This document shows, piece after piece, positions 8,488 to 18,966 of a stretch of 64,000 nt of DNA. Where the stretch lies: IMG/VR virus record IMGVR_UViG_3300025670_000002, one strand, 5' to 3'. The notes beneath the pieces were generated by a model. The model searched no databases. It was not told the origin of the DNA and saw only the letters and a list, made by a program, of their open reading frames with translations. The DNA comes from a virus. Its lineage: Duplodnaviria > Heunggongvirae > Uroviricota > Caudoviricetes. The first letter of the stretch is position 1, and every line of letters begins with the position of its first letter. Both the position numbers and the translations under genes were made by a program.

Positions 8488-10395
8488 ATGAATGAAAAAA
8501 TGATAGAAGCGATAAAGGGTGTTGAGATTGGCGTCTCAAGTGGCAGACTTAAGATGAGCGACGTTAGCGACAGTTCGCTCTCCAATATGATTGACAAATG
8601 TAATCTCGAATACCGAAAGGGTAACGCGGTAGTCAGTGATGACTTTTACGACCACACCCTAATTGCGGAGCAGAAGCGCAGAAACCCCGACATAGAGGAT
8701 GAGCTTGAGATTGAGCCTGAGCTAATAAGCGGCAAGACTGTTGAATTGCCACAGCGTATGCTGTCAACTGACAAGGCGTATGATGCTGAGTCAATCAAAA
8801 AATGGATTACAAAAGTTCTTGCCGTCGGCGACACCTATGTAAAAGTAACACCGAAGCTTGATGGGTTTGCAACGTATGATGATGGCGAAAATCTCTACAC
8901 TCGCGGAAACGGATACAGAGGGACTGACATTACGCATGTGATAAATCGCGGAATCAAGATCGTGGGTGACGCCAGAGGAATGGGCCCTGGTGAAATTGTC
9001 ATAAACAAAGCTTATTTTGAAAAGCGTCTTGCTGACCATTTTGACAATTCAAGAAATGTTATCTCCAGTGTTATCAAAGAGGGTGAGTTGAGTCCCGTGA
9101 TTGCAACCGCGATGGCATGGGGCGCTGTTGTGTTCGCACCATTTGCTGAGATAAATCATATAATAGTTAGAGACAGACGCGAGGTAGAAAATATCTCCGA
9201 CATGATTGATAAGTTGTGGGCTGACTTAGTTGATGGGTCAAAATACGACACAGATGGGCTTGTGTTTGAGGCAACAAGCGACTCAGTGAAGAAAGAAATG
9301 GGGCACACAAGTCATCATCACAGATGGCAGATTGCTTACAAGCGCAACACTGAGTATAAGGACGTCAAAGTTCTCTCGATAACAAATCAAACTGGCAAGA
9401 CGGGTGTAATTACGCCCGTTGCAGAGCTTGACCCGACTAGAATATCAGGCGCAGTATTAAGCAGAGCAACCTGTCACAACTGGGGCAATGTGTTAAAAAT
9501 GGGTATCGGTGCTGGATGCACAGTAAGAGTGTTTCGATCAGGCTTAGTGATTCCATACATTGAAAAGGTTGTTGAGCATACGCAAACAGAAGCGATGCCT
9601 GATAAGTGCCCAAGCTGCGGTGCAGAAACAGAGTTGTCAAAATGTGGAACGCATTTGTCATGCACAAACAACACTGACTGTTCGGCGCAAGTAGAAGGTA
9701 TCATTGAGTATTGGTTCAAGACACTTGGTAATTGTGATGGGTTCGGACCAAAAGTAATTGCTGATATTGTTGGGTATGGCGTTGATAAGGTCAAAATGAT
9801 TTACGACTTAAATCAAGCTAATTTTGAAAACGCAGGATTAGGGGCTGGCATATCTGCAAACTTACTGTCCGAACTCGAAAGAAGCAGAACGGAGCAAATT
9901 GAAGACTGGCGATTTCTAGCTGCCTTCTCAATACATAATGTCGGGAAGGGAGGGTGTGAGCGGTTGCTAAAGCACCATAGACTTCTTGATATATTTGAAC
10001 TAACGGCAGACGATGTTGTTGAGATTGATGGCTTTGCTGAGAAAACAGCCAAAATTTTAGTTGATACATTGGAGAGAATTAAGCCCGACTTCGATTATCT
10101 TCACTCGTTGGGGTTCAATCTATCTGAAACACCGCTTGAGGGTGAGCTAGAAGCTGTTGACAGCCCGATAAGCGGTAAGACAATTGTTGTTACGGGTTCT
10201 CTACAAACGGGAAGCAGAAACGACATACATGACAAAATAAAAAGCATGGGTGGTATCGTAGGAAAAGCAGTGTCGGGGAAGACAGATATTTTAGTAATCG
10301 GCGAGAAGGTTGGTGAGTCAAAGTTGAAGGCGGCCACTAAGCATGGAACTGAGGTGATTGCAGAAAAAGCTTTTGTAGAAATGATGGGCGATTGA
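8488..10395 (+). CDS. ligA: NAD-dependent DNA ligase (LigA)
   Basis: KxDG adenylation motif (VTPKLDGFA). Zn finger CPSCG..x..CTNNTDC. C-terminal BRCT-like GKTIVVTGSL...ILVIGEKVG. Confidence 0.85.
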   Translation: MNEKMIEAIKGVEIGVSSGRLKMSDVSDSSLSNMIDKCNLEYRKGNAVVSDDFYDHTLIAEQKRRNPDIEDELEIEPELISGKTVELPQRMLSTDKAYDAESIKKWITKVLAVGDTYVKVTPKLDGFATYDDGENLYTRGNGYRGTDITHVINRGIKIVGDARGMGPGEIVINKAYFEKRLADHFDNSRNVISSVIKEGELSPVIATAMAWGAVVFAPFAEINHIIVRDRREVENISDMIDKLWADLVDGSKYDTDGLVFEATSDSVKKEMGHTSHHHRWQIAYKRNTEYKDVKVLSITNQTGKTGVITPVAELDPTRISGAVLSRATCHNWGNVLKMGIGAGCTVRVFRSGLVIPYIEKVVEHTQTEAMPDKCPSCGAETELSKCGTHLSCTNNTDCSAQVEGIIEYWFKTLGNCDGFGPKVIADIVGYGVDKVKMIYDLNQANFENAGLGAGISANLLSELERSRTEQIEDWRFLAAFSIHNVGKGGCERLLKHHRLLDIFELTADDVVEIDGFAEKTAKILVDTLERIKPDFDYLHSLGFNLSETPLEGELEAVDSPISGKTIVVTGSLQTGSRNDIHDKIKSMGGIVGKAVSGKTDILVIGEKVGESKLKAATKHGTEVIAEKAFVEMMGD

Positions 10396-10442
10396 TAGTT
10401 GCCGTAACTTAGTGATAACATTTCATACTATAAGGAGGTGGT

Positions 10443-10802
10443 ATGAAAAAAGAAACACTAGGTATTGACGACATTTGCGCTTATCTTGGCGAAATGCCGC
10501 AAGTTAGTAAGTATGCAATATGCTACTGTGTCTTTCAGGACATAGCGATAGAGGAGGTTATAAATCTAAAGTGGACTGACGACGTTTCAAGCGTCAATCA
10601 CAGGGCGCTTTCAGTTGTTGAAATTCAAAAGCCATCTAGCAGTGTTGACTATGTATTCTGGAGCAAAGAGGATCACTCCAGAATATCAACACTTAGATGG
10701 CAGTTTGAATATTATAGTTGCTGGATCGGATGGCGTTCGTTTCGCAACATGTTTAAAGATGCGGTAGGGATAGACTTTCAAAAATCGATTCCTAATCGCT
10801 AA
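10443..10802 (+). CDS. hypothetical protein
   Basis: 119-aa ORF with RBS GGAGGTGG. No motif recognised. Confidence 0.45.
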   Translation: MKKETLGIDDICAYLGEMPQVSKYAICYCVFQDIAIEEVINLKWTDDVSSVNHRALSVVEIQKPSSSVDYVFWSKEDHSRISTLRWQFEYYSCWIGWRSFRNMFKDAVGIDFQKSIPNR

Positions 10803-11208
10803 CATATAGCGTCTTTACAAATGCGTCCAGAGCATCCCTCTGTTCCTTTGTTGAAACTCTTGGATCAGTTCCATGAGTGCCCTCTCTAATGCAGTCGAGT
10901 ATTGCGGATTCATTTTTTGTATTCATTGGTGAAATCTCATCCATAGCGTCAAGAAGTCCAGACTTTCCCTGCGCTTCGCACGCCATTCTAAATAGTCGTG
11001 TCTTATCGACGCCAAGTATTGTTGCGAACTTTGCAACTCTTTCTAGGGGGACGCTGGTTGTTCCCTGCTTAAACATGGTGATTATATTTGGCTTCTTATA
11101 TCCCAGTTCAGATGCTATCGCAACCTGAGTCATGTTTGAGTTGTCAATTTGAAATGATAGGTATTTAAGAAAGGCTTCTTTTTTTTGGTCAAGATGTAAA
11201 TCAGACAT
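10792..11208 (-). CDS. XRE/Cro-C1-type HTH transcriptional regulator; the only minus-strand gene inside the replication module
   Basis: HTH segment reads MTQVAIASELGYKKPNIITMFKQGTTSVP. RBS AGGAGATAAAAATG on the minus strand. It diverges from a 680-bp noncoding region. Confidence 0.65.
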   Translation of the reverse strand: MSDLHLDQKKEAFLKYLSFQIDNSNMTQVAIASELGYKKPNIITMFKQGTTSVPLERVAKFATILGVDKTRLFRMACEAQGKSGLLDAMDEISPMNTKNESAILDCIREGTHGTDPRVSTKEQRDALDAFVKTLYVSD

Positions 11209-11624
11209 TTTTATCTCCTAATTGTGGTGAGTGTTGCTGCGCGAACTTATTAGATTTGGCAATGGTTATTTGCGATCGAAACTAATGACTCCAGAGTATA
11301 GGCGTTAATTTGAGAAACACAACAAAAATAAGTATATGGTTGAGTATTAATTTTCCAAGCCTAGCGAAATTTATAATTCTCCGAATTGAATATCGGTTTT
11401 GTCGATTTGGCGTAAAATGCTTACAAAGCGAGTCATATAACCTACTTCTTGCTGTATATGCCTGTATTTTCCTTATATTGCCAAATATAAATTGGCATGC
11501 AATACAACTGTGATAACATAAAAGTAAGTATCTAGTGAGCTAGGTTCTTTGTTTATTTACTAAGTCAGTAGTTGCGGCAGAAGTGTTGTAATTAATAAAA
11601 TAAAATAAAAATGGGAAATGTTGA

Positions 11625-11810
11625 ATGGAAAATGCACTGGTAAGACAGGTAACGATTGAACAGGCAGTTGAGATGATTGAGAATGCAGCGAGAGCCATTG
11701 CGAAAACAGTGGGTGGAATTCTAGTTACAACGGTAACTATGAAGTGTGGCAAAACCGTGTTGTTAATGGATACATCAAGTGAAGATGGGTTTGTTTTGAT
11801 AGAAGCATAA
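11625..11810 (+). CDS. possible small protein in the regulatory intergenic region
   Basis: 61-aa ORF. No clear RBS. Confidence 0.2.
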   Translation: MENALVRQVTIEQAVEMIENAARAIAKTVGGILVTTVTMKCGKTVLLMDTSSEDGFVLIEA

Positions 11811-11830
11811 CACCCAGCGAACTCCCAGCA

Positions 11831-11871
11831 TTCACTTTGTATAATAGATACTCTTATAGATACAAAGTGAA
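11831..11871 (+). promoter_or_regulatory. operator-like perfect inverted repeat TTCACTTTGTAT-N17-ATACAAAGTGAA containing TATAAT, immediately upstream of the cobT-like gene
   Basis: 12-bp perfect arms seen directly. A -10-like TATAAT sits inside the spacer. The RBS AAAGGAGAG follows. Confidence 0.5.
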
Positions 11872-11891
11872 TTTTTAAATTACAAAGGAGA

Positions 11892-13919
11892 GTGTGTATG
11901 CCTAATCTAAACATAAGCGCAATTAGAAGTTCTATTGCCGCAATAACAAGAGCTTTGTCCGATAGGGACATAAAAGTAACGAGTCACGGAAGCCAAGCCT
12001 ATGTTCAGTCTGTAGACGGAGTTCCCATAAGAGTGAACGTCCCCAATATACCAGACGAAGCTTCTGAGGAGCTTATTGCCGCAGTTAATGGGTTCTTGGA
12101 TCATGAAGTTGGACATCTTCTTTATACCGATTTTGGCGTAACGAATGATCTGTCAGTTAAGATGGGCAAGGCGGTTTTCGATCTATACAATATAGTTGAG
12201 GACACCCGAATTGAAAGAGAGATGCAGAAGCGCTTCAGAGGGTCGAGAAAGAATTTAGATAGCGTATCCAGTTTCTTTATAAAGAATCACATTGAGCCGA
12301 GCGTCCAGCAAGCAAAAGACGGCGGTGATGAAAAAAGCCTCTACTCAGTTTTGATGATGCCAGCTTTTAGATCGTGGGCTGGCCAGTCAATATTTGGCGA
12401 CTTTATGAGTGACCACTGGGATAGCTTTTCTCCAGTTGCGAAGAAGTTAGATCACTTAGTTGAAAAGTTTCCAAAAGTTAGATCAACTCAGGGCTCTATT
12501 GATTTGGCAATTGAAGTGTATGATGCTTTAAAGCCAGAAGACAAGCCAGAAGATGAGCCAGAAGATGAGCCAGAAGACAAATCTGACGAAAAAGGTGAAG
12601 ATTCTAAATCTGACGAAAAAGGTGAAGATTCTAAATCTGACGAAAAAGGTGAAGATTCTAAATCTGACGAAAAAGGTGAAGATTCTAAATCTGACGAAAA
12701 AGGTGAAGATTCGGATGAAGGCGCTGATGAGGATTCCGATGAAGACTCTGACGAAGAGCCAGAAGACAAATCTGACGAAAAAGGTGAAGATTCCGATGAA
12801 GACTCTGACGAAGACTCTGGCGGTGGTAGCGGCGGCTCAGAGGATTCAGACAGCAAAGATAAATCGGGTGACGAACCAAGTGATGCTTCTGATGCAGGCG
12901 GTAGGGATTTTGAAGTAGATGATGCCGCAGAATTTGATGTAGAAAGTTTGATGGAAGACGCTGTTGATTTTGACGAGGCGGTTGCTTCTGAAATATCAAA
13001 GATGGCTGCCTTAGCTGTGATTGAATCGGAATATAGAGTTTTTACGACAGACGAGGATGTAGTGGAGCCGTTCAAAGTCGGTAGTGGGTATGACGACAGC
13101 ATGATCGCGGAAATGGATGACTCAACAAAGAAATTAGTTGGTCCACTTCAAAAAACAATTGAAAGATTGGTGATAGCAAAGTCTCACTCCAGAAATGTGC
13201 CAGGAAAGACATCTGGCAGAGTCAATTCGTCGTCACTCTTTAGATTGAAAACTGGCGACAACAGAGTGTTTAAGCAAAAAGAAGAGGCGGAGACAAAAGA
13301 TGTTGCCGTAAGTCTCGTTGTTGATTGCTCAGGGTCGATGAATGGTGAGTATATTAAAATAGCATTGCAAAGTGCGTATGCCCTATCAACGGTTCTTTCG
13401 AGATTGAATATCTCAAATGAGGTAATCGGATTCACAACAAAGACCCCAAAATCAAGAAGTTACTCAAGGGAGATGCATGACGAACGTGAGAGACTTGGGG
13501 TTTCATACTCGCGAACAGAGCCGATATACATGCCGATATTCAAAGGGTTTGATGAGAAGCTGGGTGTTGAGCAAAAGAAAAGAATGGCGTATGGCTACAG
13601 AAGCTCTGGGTATCTAAGAAACAACGTTGATGGCGAAAGCGTAGTGATTGCGGCTAAGAGATTGATGCAGCGTCCTGAGATTGGAAAAAAGATGTTTGTC
13701 TTGTCCGATGGTAGGCCGTGTGCTGATGGGGATTTTGCCGCTATGGACAGAGACCTTGTGGAATCGGTCAGAAAAATAGAAAATAGCGGCGTAGGTGTGG
13801 TTGGGATTGGAATTGGTGACGACTGTGTTAGGCGCTACTACAGTAAGAATGTGGTAATAACAGGTGTTGATGAGCTACCTGACTTAATAATGAAGGAGTT
13901 GAAGAATTTATTGGTTTAA
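11892..13919 (+). CDS. cobT: CobT-like protein: N-terminal HExxH-like metal site, acidic repeat linker, C-terminal vWA domain
   Basis: DHEVGHLLY near the N-terminus. Tandem SDEKGEDSK repeats in the middle. vWA MIDAS motif VVDCSGSM near the C-terminus. Followed by a CobS-like AAA gene. Confidence 0.7.
   Translation: MCMPNLNISAIRSSIAAITRALSDRDIKVTSHGSQAYVQSVDGVPIRVNVPNIPDEASEELIAAVNGFLDHEVGHLLYTDFGVTNDLSVKMGKAVFDLYNIVEDTRIEREMQKRFRGSRKNLDSVSSFFIKNHIEPSVQQAKDGGDEKSLYSVLMMPAFRSWAGQSIFGDFMSDHWDSFSPVAKKLDHLVEKFPKVRSTQGSIDLAIEVYDALKPEDKPEDEPEDEPEDKSDEKGEDSKSDEKGEDSKSDEKGEDSKSDEKGEDSKSDEKGEDSDEGADEDSDEDSDEEPEDKSDEKGEDSDEDSDEDSGGGSGGSEDSDSKDKSGDEPSDASDAGGRDFEVDDAAEFDVESLMEDAVDFDEAVASEISKMAALAVIESEYRVFTTDEDVVEPFKVGSGYDDSMIAEMDDSTKKLVGPLQKTIERLVIAKSHSRNVPGKTSGRVNSSSLFRLKTGDNRVFKQKEEAETKDVAVSLVVDCSGSMNGEYIKIALQSAYALSTVLSRLNISNEVIGFTTKTPKSRSYSREMHDERERLGVSYSRTEPIYMPIFKGFDEKLGVEQKKRMAYGYRSSGYLRNNVDGESVVIAAKRLMQRPEIGKKMFVLSDGRPCADGDFAAMDRDLVESVRKIENSGVGVVGIGIGDDCVRRYYSKNVVITGVDELPDLIMKELKNLLV
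12579..12713 (+). repeat. five tandem copies of a 27-nt unit AAATCTGACGAAAAAGGTGAAGATTCT (one further copy at 12769-12795), encoding SDEKGEDSK
   Basis: Direct repeats read from the DNA. Confidence 0.9.
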
Positions 13920-13933
13920 TTGGGATTGTAAAA

Positions 13934-13966
13934 ATAAGTAAGTAAGTAATGACTTACATTTCCCAG
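13934..13966 (+). promoter_or_regulatory. family A motif ATAAGTAAGTAAGTAATGACTTACATTTCCCAG upstream of 14048
   Basis: Shared TAAGT..TGACTTA core plus trailing TCCCAG. Confidence 0.4.
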
Positions 13967-14047
13967 ACATTAAGCAATATAATAGATTCATAGTTTGAAA
14001 GCAGACAAACTAAAAATAAATTCAACAAACAAAGGAGTAAGTCACCA

Positions 14048-15199
14048 ATGACTAAAATAGTATGTAGTATATGTGGAGAGCAGACGCACTCAATTCAGCT
14101 TCACCTTAAAGAAGCCCACCCTGAAGTGACAGTAAATGATTATATTGCCGAATACCCTAATGCGGAGCTATTCAGTCAAGCCGCAAAGGAAAAGATAGAT
14201 GGCATTCGATCCGAAAAGATAAAGATGGCAGGCGTGTCAACGGCGGAAGTTGTCAAGCCAAAGTTTGGTGACTCAACAAAAGCAATGAATGATGTGTTTG
14301 GGCTTGGTAAAACTAAGGCCGCCATGTCAGCAAAAGGCGACCCAATTCAAATATCAGTCATGTCAAGAACGGGCGAATACACAGACTTAATTCCAAATCA
14401 GGACAGTAAGTATGTTTACCCAATAGAGCTGTTGAAAAATGTGCTTTTGGGTATCGAAACGGGCATACCTACTTACTTATGGGGTCACGCGGGCGTCGGT
14501 AAGTCAACCATGTATGAGCAAGTCTGCGCAAGAACAAACAGACCTTATATGCGAGTTCAGCACACTGCTAATACAGAAGAGTGCCACATCGTCGGGCAGA
14601 TTTTGGCAAATGAATCAGGCACGTATTTCGAGCCTGGACCTCTTGCATTAGCAATGCGACATGGGTTTGTTTATAACGCCGATGAGTATGACTTTGCACA
14701 TGCCTCTGTCCTCGCTGTTTATCAGCCAGTTTTAGAGGGCAAAGCAATGTTGATTAAAGAAGCGCCTCCAGAGTGGCGTATGGTAGAGCCGCACAAAGAC
14801 TTTAGATTTGTAGCAACTGGGAACACTAACGGTAGTGGTGACGATACTGGGCTGTATAACGGAACTAACTTAGGGAATGCGGCAAACTACTCGCGTTTTG
14901 GCATAACAGATCATGTCGTTTACATGGATAAGAAGATTGAGTCCAGAGTTATCTCATCTCAATCAGGAATAGCGATTGACGACGCACTGACGCTGGTTGA
15001 TTTTGCAAAGCGAATTAGAGATTCGTTTGACTCAGGAAACATGACATCAACAATTGGCCCGAGAGAGCTTATCTATGCCGCAAAAATTGGACTTATGAAG
15101 AAGAGCTGGCGTATGGGAATTGACCTTGCGTTTGTAAATCGTCTAAGTGCAATTGATAGAGAGGTGGCGTCGGGTCTCGCTCAGAGAGTATTTGGGTAG
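14048..15199 (+). CDS. cobS: CobS-like / MoxR-type AAA+ ATPase
   Basis: Walker A LWGHAGVGKST and Walker B FVYNADEYDFA. An N-terminal CxxC..H..H segment is present. Paired with the CobT-like vWA gene upstream. Confidence 0.7.
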   Translation: MTKIVCSICGEQTHSIQLHLKEAHPEVTVNDYIAEYPNAELFSQAAKEKIDGIRSEKIKMAGVSTAEVVKPKFGDSTKAMNDVFGLGKTKAAMSAKGDPIQISVMSRTGEYTDLIPNQDSKYVYPIELLKNVLLGIETGIPTYLWGHAGVGKSTMYEQVCARTNRPYMRVQHTANTEECHIVGQILANESGTYFEPGPLALAMRHGFVYNADEYDFAHASVLAVYQPVLEGKAMLIKEAPPEWRMVEPHKDFRFVATGNTNGSGDDTGLYNGTNLGNAANYSRFGITDHVVYMDKKIESRVISSQSGIAIDDALTLVDFAKRIRDSFDSGNMTSTIGPRELIYAAKIGLMKKSWRMGIDLAFVNRLSAIDREVASGLAQRVFG

Positions 15200-15208
15200 G
15201 AGAGTATT

Positions 15209-15790
15209 GTGAATCCAGGGTGTTACGGTAGTGTCGCTTGCCACAATGAAGACAGTGACGCCTGTGCTAATTGCAGCCTGCTTAGTGAGTGTCATGAAGT
15301 GGCGTATAAGTCACTTCTTGAACTAAGTTCGGTAATGGATGTTGAGCACATCTTGAGGCGCTATCAGCAAAGTAGAATTAGATCAGGTGGTGAAGCACCC
15401 AAGAATATGGCGAGCTCAGGTAAGCGAGTTGAGCTAACTTCATACCAAAGAAGCATAGTTGATAATGAAAATTTCCCAGTAAAGTCTAGGAAAATGGCTG
15501 GTGCAATTTTTGCAAAGGGGATGGATGGGGGGCTGATTAGAAAGATGATATTCAACAAGGTAAATCCGTTTAAAGATGCAACCCCAGCGATTATGGACAT
15601 TTGCTGTGACCTATTGATAGCCAGAAGGCTAACTGCGGTAAATATGAACAGAGGGATTATCGATAGAAGTCAGAGGTCACTAAGTTACAAAACGGTAAAG
15701 TCCCAAGCATCCGTTGCGATAACCACGCTAATGCTAATGGGGGTCGTTGAGAGGTCAGGGCTTGACTATATATTGAGGAGAAAAAAGTGA
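15209..15790 (+). CDS. hypothetical protein with an N-terminal Cys cluster
   Basis: 193-aa ORF. Contains CYGSVACHNEDSDACANCSLLSEC. Confidence 0.45.
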   Translation: MNPGCYGSVACHNEDSDACANCSLLSECHEVAYKSLLELSSVMDVEHILRRYQQSRIRSGGEAPKNMASSGKRVELTSYQRSIVDNENFPVKSRKMAGAIFAKGMDGGLIRKMIFNKVNPFKDATPAIMDICCDLLIARRLTAVNMNRGIIDRSQRSLSYKTVKSQASVAITTLMLMGVVERSGLDYILRRKK

Positions 15791-18168
15791 GTAGAGAAAT
15801 TACTGGTTATTTACTGGCAACGCGATCTCACTTTTCGCTTGGCGAGAGTATGTTGTCGCCAAAAGAAATTGTGAAGACTGCAAAGGACAGAGGGCATCAT
15901 ACAGTTGCTCTCACAGACACAATGACGGTATCGGGAATGATGGAGTTCTCAAGTGCCGCAAAAGAGCATGATATTAAGGCGATCATAGGTTGCCGACTTC
16001 GCATCGTTATGGACTTGGCTTACAGAAAGCCAAAGCGATCTGAAATTGCTATGCCAAAAGATAACCCAGAGTGGTATCCAAAGGTGTATGTGAAAAACAA
16101 ACAAGGCATGACTGATCTCTTAGGAATGCTGTCGGTAGCAAATGACGAAGACCACTTTTTTCACGTCGCAAGATTGAGTCTAAAGGACTTACTTGTGTGC
16201 CTAAAGAAAGGAAATTTGGCAGTATCGACAGGCGACATGAACGGATTGTTTCATGTAAGCTGCAATAAGTATAATTACAAGCGTATATGTGAGTTATTAA
16301 ACATGCACGCAAGCAAATCCAATGTGTTTTTAGAGCATTCTATTGTTAATACTATACTCAGTGACACACTAGCAAAAAAAGTCGCTAAGATCGCATTAGA
16401 GAGCGAGGCTCAGACAATAGCAACGTATCCCGTTCTTTATAAAAATGAAGAAGATGCGGACACACTAGATGTTTTGGCTACCATTGTTCAAAACAATAAA
16501 ATAACAGACCCCTGGCGACATATCCCATACATCAGAAATTTCAGCCTAAAGTTTCCTGAAAAATATGTAAAGGACATGATTGACGCAAGTGCTAGATTAA
16601 AAGCCGATGGCGTTAGTATTAGCATGAAGAGATCGCTTGCTGGTGCAAAAGCACTGTCCGATATGTGTGAGTATGTTTGGGAGGTTCAGGAAATTTCGCT
16701 ACCAAAGATTGTCGAAAATGAGCACAGAGCCTTGATGGCTGAGGTTGCTAAGGGGTGGAATAGAAGAATCAAGGTTGAAACTCTGGGATACAAGCCTGAT
16801 CCATCGCTAATTCCAGTATACAAAGAGCGTCTTGCCTATGAAATTGGCATTCTTAATAGAATGGGGTTCGAGCGTTATTTCCTAGTTGTTCAAGACTTGG
16901 TAATGTGGGCGAGAGATAGCAATATTTTTGTTGGGCCAGGAAGGGGGTCTGATGGGGGCAGCTTGGTTGCATACCTTATGGGAATAACAGATGTTGACCC
17001 AATTAGATTTAATCTGATTTTCGAGCGATTTATCAATCCAGATCGACTTGATTTGCCAGATGCAGATTTGGATTTTATGTCAACGAGACGACATGAGGTT
17101 ATTCAATATCTAATTGACAAATACGGGCAGGACTATGTTGCTGGAATTTCAAACTATTCAACACTTGCATCTGCATCCGCACTTAGGGATTGCGGAAGGG
17201 TATATGGCATGTCTGGATTTGATCTATCTGCAACAAAGCTAGTTCCAAAAGAAGGGGGTAAGTCAGCAACGCTAACAGAGGCGGCTGAATTAGTTCCAGA
17301 AATTCAAGAGTTTAGAGATGCAAATGTTGATGTGTGGCGACACGCAACGAAGCTTGAGGGCGTAATGCGTAACATGGGTAAACATGCTGCTGGAGTTGTT
17401 GTGGCAAGTGTTCCGATTACAAATAGAGCCGTCGTTGAGAAGCGTTCTGGGGCAATGGTTGCTAACTGGGACAAGAGAAGCATCGAAGATCAAGGCTTAG
17501 TTAAGATTGATATTTTGGGGCTATCAACGCTTGATGTATTGCAAATAGCTGTGGACTACATCGAACAAAGAACTGGTGAGTTTATCGAGCTTACAAAGTT
17601 GCCAATTGATGATTACGAAACGATGAAGAACTTTGGCATTGGAAATACCGTGTCTGTATTTCAGTTCACATCTGGCGGAATGAGGCATCTGTTGAAAGAG
17701 TTGGCAAGAGGTGGAATGCTGACGTTCGATGATGTATCTGCGGCAACAGCACTGTATAGACCTGGACCTATGGAATCGGGCCTAATGGATGACTATATTG
17801 CAATCAAGCAAGGCATTGCTGATCCAGAGTATGACCATTACTCAATGAAAGGGGCGCTTGAGGTAACGGGTGGTGTGATTATTTACCAAGAGCAAACTAT
17901 GCAGATTGTTAGGGATGTTGCTGGCTTTACGATGGTCGAAGCAGACCATGTTAGGAAGGCTATGGGAAAAAAAGACATGGAGAAAATGAAAGCCCTTAGA
18001 GATAGATTTGTTGAAGGCGCAATGGCGGGGTATGTTGAGATAGAGTTTGATGATGGCACTACTAGAAAAGTCCACAAGATGACTAAATTCTCTGTAAAAG
18101 GGCGTGATGAGAAGGTCACTGTGATGGATATTTTCAAACATGGTTATGAAATCTCAGAGAACATTTAA
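15787..18168 (+). CDS. dnaE: DNA polymerase III alpha (DnaE), N-terminal fragment (PHP plus palm); recognisable similarity stops at ..RDRFVEGAMAG (~nt 18024), followed by a 47-aa unrelated tail
   Basis: PHP motif HFSLGESMLSPKEIVKTAKDRGHHTVALTDTMTVSG. Palm region FERYFLVVQDLVMWAR, GPGRGS, ILGLSTLDV. Confidence 0.8.
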   Translation: MSREITGYLLATRSHFSLGESMLSPKEIVKTAKDRGHHTVALTDTMTVSGMMEFSSAAKEHDIKAIIGCRLRIVMDLAYRKPKRSEIAMPKDNPEWYPKVYVKNKQGMTDLLGMLSVANDEDHFFHVARLSLKDLLVCLKKGNLAVSTGDMNGLFHVSCNKYNYKRICELLNMHASKSNVFLEHSIVNTILSDTLAKKVAKIALESEAQTIATYPVLYKNEEDADTLDVLATIVQNNKITDPWRHIPYIRNFSLKFPEKYVKDMIDASARLKADGVSISMKRSLAGAKALSDMCEYVWEVQEISLPKIVENEHRALMAEVAKGWNRRIKVETLGYKPDPSLIPVYKERLAYEIGILNRMGFERYFLVVQDLVMWARDSNIFVGPGRGSDGGSLVAYLMGITDVDPIRFNLIFERFINPDRLDLPDADLDFMSTRRHEVIQYLIDKYGQDYVAGISNYSTLASASALRDCGRVYGMSGFDLSATKLVPKEGGKSATLTEAAELVPEIQEFRDANVDVWRHATKLEGVMRNMGKHAAGVVVASVPITNRAVVEKRSGAMVANWDKRSIEDQGLVKIDILGLSTLDVLQIAVDYIEQRTGEFIELTKLPIDDYETMKNFGIGNTVSVFQFTSGGMRHLLKELARGGMLTFDDVSAATALYRPGPMESGLMDDYIAIKQGIADPEYDHYSMKGALEVTGGVIIYQEQTMQIVRDVAGFTMVEADHVRKAMGKKDMEKMKALRDRFVEGAMAGYVEIEFDDGTTRKVHKMTKFSVKGRDEKVTVMDIFKHGYEISENI

Positions 18169-18214
18169 AGAGCCATCTTGTTAGCCAGCTCTCACGCGGT
18201 ATAATATTATTTTT

Positions 18215-18236
18215 AATAAGTAAGTAGTGACCTATT
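18215..18236 (+). promoter_or_regulatory. family A motif AATAAGTAAGTAGTGACCTATT directly upstream of the HNH endonuclease gene
   Basis: Core shared with the other family A copies. Lies inside the dnaE interruption. Confidence 0.4.
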
Positions 18237-18240
18237 AAAT

Positions 18241-18966
18241 ATGAGATACGAGATTGAACAGAGTTGGCTTGCTGATGAGTATGTCGGTAAATTAAGGAGT
18301 GTTGTTGATATTGCTAACGACATTGGATGCAGCACTCACAACATCAAAAAAAAGCTTAGTTACTGGGGGATAAAGAGGGGTAAAGCCGCCATTGTAAATA
18401 AGCCGTCTTGGAATAAAGGGTTAACAAGAGAGGCTGATGAAAGAGTTGAGAGGTATGCAAAGAGCAAGGATGGTTCTTTAAATCCAATGTTTGGTAAAAA
18501 AGCGTGGAATAAGGGCGTTGGTGTAGAGGATGAACGCGTGTTTAGAATGACCGCAGCGATGCGAAAGGGCTTTGACTCAGAAGAGACGAGGTTGAAGATG
18601 AGTGCCGCCAAGACGGGGTTGAGAGGTGAGGATACGAATAACTGGGGTGGGGGTGTATGGAAGCCAGGAGGTTCTGGTTACATTCAGATGACAAAGAATG
18701 GCGTCAGACACTATCTTCACAGATACGTTGCGGAGACGGCGATAGGTAGAAAGCTTTTGACGATTGAGGAAGTCCATCATGTAGATATGAATAGGGAAAA
18801 TAACGAACCTGAGAATCTACTTGTTATAAGAGCGAGAGATCACACAGCCCTGCATTCAGCAATGAGTCACGAACGTATTGAGAATCAAGTCGAATGGCTT
18901 GTTAATAATAACATTTGGCACTTGGAGATAGGAAAGATTGAAGATAAAAAACATAAAACAGCTTAG
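18241..18966 (+). mobile_element. free-standing HNH homing endonuclease gene inserted in dnaE
   Basis: Repeated WNKG motifs (NUMOD3-like). HNH box HHVDMNRENNEPENLLVIRARDHTALH. The gene sits between the two dnaE fragments. Confidence 0.75.

Noticed and set aside
12488-13102. 204-aa minus-strand ORF and 121-aa K-rich plus-strand ORF (12553-12918) over the cobT acidic repeats
   Set aside because: Both are alternative-frame or antisense readings of the 27-nt tandem repeat. Their low-complexity Ser-rich and Lys-rich translations are repeat artefacts, and the cobT frame has the vWA domain.
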